The notes beneath the pieces were generated by a model. It ran no database searches. It was given only the letters and a program-made list of their open reading frames with translations, and was not told the DNA's origin. Positions 57,895 through 64,000 of a stretch of DNA of 64,000 nt are shown piece after piece. Position numbers and translations under genes: made by a program. Source of the DNA: Octopus vulgaris (Eukaryota); NCBI GenBank assembly GCA_951406725.2, contig OX597830.1, forward strand, positions 12,896,001 through 12,960,000. The letters are read 5' to 3'. Positions within the stretch are counted from its first letter, which is position 1. Each line of letters opens with the position of its first letter.

Positions 57895-58534
57895 TATATG
57901 GCGTGCAAACAACACGCGATGTGTGTGTACATAGACGCGGCACGAATCAACGAAACCAACAACAATTTAAAATTTCGATATATTTCATTTACTGATTGAT
58001 AAGTGTTAACTTTATCACTGAGATAATGAAGTCAGTTACGCATTTAAAACATCAAGGAACATTAAATGCAACATAATTGGAAGTTTTAACTGAACGACAT
58101 CAAGAATTCCGAGACATCAAATTGATATTAAGAGCAATGAATGCCTCTAACTATAAAATATAAACAAAAGCGGCGTGTATACAGTGTGTCCTCTTAAGCA
58201 TTTTCATTTTCTCATCAATTCATAATCTATCAAGTTTGTTTCTCTAAAGTAATTAAGAATTTTCTATTGTTTTATGTGTCTGAATTTCTGTTTTTTTCGT
58301 TTACGTGAAAACATTTACTTGAATAAATTCACCGTTAACTGGACTAATTGAAAGAAAAATACATTGTAATTTTTCACTTAACATCAGTTTAAGACATAAT
58401 CAGTTACAATGTGAATAGAATTTGATTGGAATATTTTCAACCAAGTGAAAAGCAAGCGGGAAATCATGGGGACATATTTGTTATATACGTATGTATGTAT
58501 TATGTATATATGTATGTATATATATATATATATA

Positions 58535-58587
<53 letters not shown>

Positions 58588-58768
58588 TTTATAGAAAAAT
58601 ACATGACGAAGACAGGTGTATAAATATCAAGCGTGTAGGTTTGAGGGTCGGGAAAAATGAAAAATATTTTACGTTTCAGAAAGGAATAAGAGAAAATAAA
58701 CAGAGAGAGAATGAAAAAGAAAATTGAGATTTCAGCAGTCCAACATGGCCGAGACATATATATATTTG

Positions 58769-58843
<75 letters not shown>

Positions 58844-58897
58844 TTGTGTGTATATATGTATGTATGTATGTAGGTATAGATAGATATAGATATACAT

Positions 58898-58967
<70 letters not shown>

Positions 58968-59340
58968 AATTCCAACCATACCTCAGCAGCTCCTTTATAG
59001 GATATTGGCTAAAGACATATCAGGAAGAACCACGTCCGGTTTCATCCAACTTCTTTTCCTTTTTTACCTGATTCCCCCCCCCCCCCCGCACACACACACA
59101 CTTTCGGAGGTGTCCTCAGCTCTAGTGTTGAGTACGTTTTTCCTTTAGTAGACCAGGCAATAAACCACATAGTAATCCAATACAGACGGTTGTAATGTAT
59201 AGTCTGTAGAACGACCGTGCGAAGGAGAGGTGACGATGAATGACTCCTTTAGTACACCACATGGTCGATTACAATAGATATCAAAAAGGTTAAATGAGTA
59301 CAATTGCCAGAAGGAAGAGAGACAGACACAACCAGTAGAA

Positions 59341-60160
59341 TGTTAAGAGAAGATTTTATTGATAGGTTAACAAGTGTGTCTGTGTGTGCGTCATATATGC
59401 ATAATAATAGACAGGCCGTCATCTATACAAAGTGTGTATGTGCGTGCATTAAGTACAGAGCTTTGAAAGAGTCTATAATATGTCGTTAGAAGAATATTCA
59501 GACACAAGGATGATAAATACCAGTTCGTAGTACACGATAGTTGAAGAGCTATAACGAGAAGTTGAGGCGAAGAAGCAGAGCCGGTTGAGACACATGGCGT
59601 GTAAGAAGTTGTGGCTACTATGCTGCTGCCGGTCACTTGATACAGGGGATCTCACAGGTTGTATTTGCTGTTAACCATGGTGAAGTAATACACAAACAGT
59701 GTTGAGATAGAACCTGTGCGAGGGTTACTGGTTGCTGTGTACGTAGAGAGATGTTATTGACGACGTTAAGACGGAGGTGACAGAGAAAGAGACTGCCGTA
59801 TACTGTTGGACGAATGTTGCTGCATCTTCATGTGGCTGCGGTGGTTTTGTCACTGGAACTGGCTGTGTGCTGTGTGGTCAGCGGCTAGACCTAAAAAAGG
59901 TCTGAAACCGACTGACCTCGACTCGATGAATCACTGAAATTTTATAGGGACCAGTCGGCACAAACTGGGGTTTAGAAGAGACTGTCTCACGTGACCTTAT
60001 CAGAAGGCTGCGACTGGTTGGGTTGCATATTGGTGCGCAATAGAGCAAGAGACAAATTGCGCCAATACCAACCAATCAGAGTAGTGGACACAACAGGGTC
60101 CAAAAGAGCGGCCGAAGGCCAGTTGTTATCTACTACGTCCATACTCATGTATATGTAACA
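59341..60160 (-). mobile_element. Possible solo LTR
   Basis: TGTTA...TAACA ends and AATAAA near the minus-strand 3' end; no TSD found. Confidence 0.35.
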
Positions 60161-61169
60161 GAGAGGAAGGATTTTCCCTTAAGCGTCCGCTACAAATCTT
60201 ATGCAGTCAAACATTGTGTCACTAATAAAGACCGTATGATATCTTAGTGTGTGCGGAAAGTGGGTATTTTATGAGTCACCCATTTTAACAATTAAATAGC
60301 TTTCCAAGACTCGTGAAATCTCACATAACCAAATGCAAAATGGAAACACTGTTACCATCATTTCATCTACTCAAACAAATTGGAGACAGCAACTGAGCTT
60401 ACATAATCATTTTTCTAATTAATCAGTTCCTCATATCAATTGAAACTATATTTAATGAGTATGACTGCTAAGAAGAACTATTGTAGAGGAGCATACTAAC
60501 TGGAATTGTTAACTGTGGTTGAAGAGCAGTCGGACCAGCTCTGTGTGGCAGGGCAGGGCCGGTCGATGCAGCCCAGAGGCGCAGTGCCGATCGCATTGCT
60601 CGATGGACAATCAGAGCAAACATAGCAATGAAGCATTTTAACAAAGTAGCAATAGTCAGCAAATCAGTTACGGAGTATCGTGATATTGTTGCTATAGATA
60701 CAAAGATGCAACATATACCCTTTTAACTATGTATCTATAACATAAATCTCTCTTATGTATTATCTTTGAAGTCGAAAATAAAACCTCGTATTATTTGTAT
60801 ATTTTTATCGTGATCGATATAGCTAGTCGCAATTACTTTTATTTATCAACAAGTAAATCAGGCGATTAAACTTATAATTGTTATTATCACGCATATTTAT
60901 TTATGTTGGTTAGAATGGATCATTCTCAGCAAACTAATGCTTTTTCTATATGGTTTTGCTTTGTGTTCTATATTGCAATGTGCTATGTTGTAAATATATA
61001 TGTTAATGAGAATGTATTTATGTAACTGGATTATAAAGTCCCTATTTACGCCAGTGATTATGCATGTAATACATAAAACCTTCTGATCTAAGAAGAATAT
61101 TAGATCTTATACGGATATTTGTTAAACATTCAAATAAACTGAAATCAACAGAATCTATTGATTTAAACG

Positions 61170-61840
61170 CGGATCTTTTCCTTTTGAACGGCACAATGTC
61201 AACACAATTTCTAGTTAACTTTTAAACTTCCTATACTGGTAGAATGTGTTTATAAAACATCTTTTTCTCTTGGCTTTATTGAGAAGATTCTATATGTTGT
61301 AACATATTTCAACTTTAATTTCAAGCATTTCGGCAATTTCAACCAATCGCTGACCTCCATTGACGTAAACAACATTCCGTGCCGTATGAATATGTCGCTC
61401 GTTTAAGAAACAGATTGGGTTTATTTACATTTGCGAAGAAAAAAAGATACCCTTCCCCCACCCCTAACCCTAACTAACCCTAACTAACCCTAACTCACCC
61501 TAACTCTAACCCTAAATCTAAAATAGATTGAAATGCAATAGATCGATACTAGGGTTATAATTATGGGTGACAATTTCATACGACACCGCTATGGAAAATG
61601 GGATTTTTTTCTATCGGTGTCAAATGAAAATGTCACCCATAATTATAACCCTAGTATCGATCTATTGCATTTCAATCTATTTTAGATTTAGGGTTAGAGT
61701 TAGGGTGAGTTAGGGTTAGGGTTATGGTTAGGGTTAGGGTATCTTTTTTCTTCACAAATGTAAATAAACCCAATCTGTTTCTTAAACGAGGGACATATTC
61801 ATACAGCACGGAATGTTGTTTACCTAAATGGAGGTCTGCT
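61170..61840. mobile_element. Two telomeric-repeat MITE copies in inverted orientation
   Basis: 61170-61590 (+) and ~61612-61840 (-), reverse-complementary around ~61600. Confidence 0.85.
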
Positions 61841-62249
61841 ATTGTTTTCGTTCCAGCACACGATCCCAGATCAGGTTACTTGCTATGCAAGTACATCTCT
61901 GTAATATTGATTTAAAATTTTGGCAAAAGGCCAGCAATTCTGGGTAAGAGGTTAAGTCAATTACATCGACCCCATTGCTCAACTGATACTTACTTTATCG
62001 ACCTCGAAGCAAAGTCGGCTTCGGCGAAATTCAAACTCAGAACGCAAAACCGGACGAGATGCCGCTAAGCATTTTGTCCGGCGTGCTAACGATTCTACCA
62101 CCTCGCCACCTTCATATGTATAAATATTGAAATATCTAAACATAGATTCTGTTGTTTCCAGTTTATTAAAATTTTAAATTGTTCACATTTAAAAAAATTC
62201 TTTTCAATCTTAACATATTGGGAACTCACATGGCATCAGCTTTCAGATA

Positions 62250-63235
62250 AACTAATTAAGATTAAGCCTTGTATATTTTGTAAGATTTAATACATTATTT
62301 ATTCCCCTTTTTAATTTCCTTCCAGAAGTTTCTGGTTTTTTCCTTTTTGTCGATATACATACCTTCTTCAAATAAGTATCTTTTCGTTCTTTGTTGCTGT
62401 CTGGAATTTTCCATTCAGTTTTGTACATTTCTTACCACTTCCCATTGATTTTGCCTGCTGCAGTCTTCTGCAATTTCTATTGCTACTACTAAAATCCATT
62501 TAGACTTTCTTGCTTTTTACCTTCTGTTCAGATGATTTCTTGCTACTTCTTGAACAATGTCATTCAATTCTTGTTGTAGCTCCTCTGAATAACTGTCAAC
62601 CATTAACAGCTGCAAATCGATTCTTGATACACACGACATAACTTTCTAATAAGTCTTAAAGATTGCACCTCTTGGGCCTGATACTTGCTTTTGATTTTCT
62701 TCAATCGAAATTTGATCCTAAATATAAACAATTGGAATCTTTTCGGTTTGACCGGCAGTTTTTTCTAGCGGTGTCATATGAAATTGTCACCCATAATTAT
62801 GACTCTAGTATCGATCTATTGCATTTCAATTTGTTTTAGGGTGAGGGTTAGTTAGGGTTAGTTAGGGAAGGGTATCTTTTTTTATTCACAAATGTAAATA
62901 AACCCAATCTGTTTCTTAAACGAGGGACATATTCTTACGGCACAGAATGTTTTTTTTACCTCAATAGACGTCACTGATTGGTTGAAATTGCAGAAATTTA
63001 AGAAAGTAACAACAAATATCTTACAAACTATAGAATTTTCTCAATAAAGCCAAGAGAAAAAGATGTTTTATAAACACATTCTACCAGTATACGAAGTTTA
63101 AAAGTGCTTAGTTACGTGGAAATTATTTTAAAAAACTGCCGGTCAAACCGAAAAGATCCAACAATTGATTATCCCTACCACAATTATCCCATGGTATAAT
63201 TTTGGCGATCTAAACTGAATTCGTTCATCTCTTAT
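62250..63235 (-). mobile_element. Decayed LINE fragment, probably RTE-like, hosting a MITE
   Basis: QLFIFRIKFRLK and EELQQELNDIVQEVA..KWI linker-like motifs on the minus strand. Confidence 0.45.
62734..63159 (-). mobile_element. Complete MITE with ~29-bp TIRs and internal TTAGGG-like repeats
   Basis: GG(A)ATCTTTTCGGTTTGACCGGCAGTTTTTT pairs with AAAAAACTGCCGGTCAAACCGAAAAGATCC; AACAATT duplicated at 62727-62733 and 63160-63166. Confidence 0.9.
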
Positions 63236-64000
63236 TGCAAAGTACGTAACCAATTTCATTATGATGGCGTTCACTAGGGGAGCTACCTATTTTGGTTACT
63301 CGTAGTGTAGAGAGCATATGAAAGATTTGGTGGATAAATTTTAGTGCGTAATTGAATATGCAACAAGAAGCTATTCTCCTTTCATAATAAGATATTTCAA
63401 TCGCAAGCTACCTCAACGATTCTTCTGGTTGTTAAGACCTTAGCCAACCATTTTTCCTAAACTCGTTTCGGTATTTGATAGCTTTTTGCTTTTTTAGTTC
63501 TGAATATGTATACGGTACAGCAACAGTTTGTTGTAAATTTTTACTGCTCTCCCGTACGTGTAATCCCTATAGTTTTTAATCGTACTTAAATTACCTTCGG
63601 AAATAGAAGAATATTACGTTCAGTTCACTTCTTAGATTGGGTTTTGATTTAGAGTATATGGCATTACGAAATTGAGCGATTTCTGTTGAATACTTGTCCT
63701 CCAACTTTCATTCTCATGGCATGTTACGTTCAATGCTAGGTTGTCTTCTACCTATTTTGGTTACTGGGGGGAAGGAAAGTATCAAGAGGACGCTTGATAT
63801 TTTTGATGGTCATGATTTTTCTTAGAAATGTACAATACTTATATTTTTAAAACATTTTCGATGAATCATGGTTGAGATTCAAATATTTACAAGACGTTGT
63901 GTTATCAGTGATATAACAGTTATCCTTGCTTGGGGAAATAAGAGAGGTAGCTGTCTTCTTCTTCTTCTTCTTCCAATCAGGACTCCCGCCATTAGCCACA

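Noticed and set aside
59025-59125. Minus-strand CUGAGGA..GAAA hammerhead-like motif near (TA)n
   Set aside because: No convincing stem I or stem II pairing
63282-63767. 18-bp direct repeat CTACCTATTTTGGTTACT about 466 bp apart
   Set aside because: Could be a TSD, but I could not identify the enclosed sequence

Overview
AT-rich, repeat-saturated eukaryotic non-coding DNA with no host protein-coding exon that I can support. The tRNA-derived SINE families look like those of Octopus (recognised from memory, not searched). Nearly all long ORFs in the track are microsatellite artefacts. The window holds a ~12 kb (CATA)n array, three SINE families (several tandemly amplified or nested), a tRNA-Gly(TCC) copy fused to a SINE, several MITEs, a Helitron-like element, and decayed R4/Dong, RTE, Gypsy, MULE, mariner, pogo and possibly piggyBac sequences. 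The main signal is a set of non-coding elements sitting in (TA)n tracts and carrying type I hammerhead ribozyme motifs. Several form long inverted repeats with the ribozyme strand pointing outward, consistent with Penelope-like pseudo-LTR derivatives. They include two canonical minimal hammerheads, several core variants, a deletion-disabled mirror copy, and a candidate hammerhead at 554-616 whose strand order matches none of types I/II/III. All structures were paired by eye; none was folded computationally or tested.
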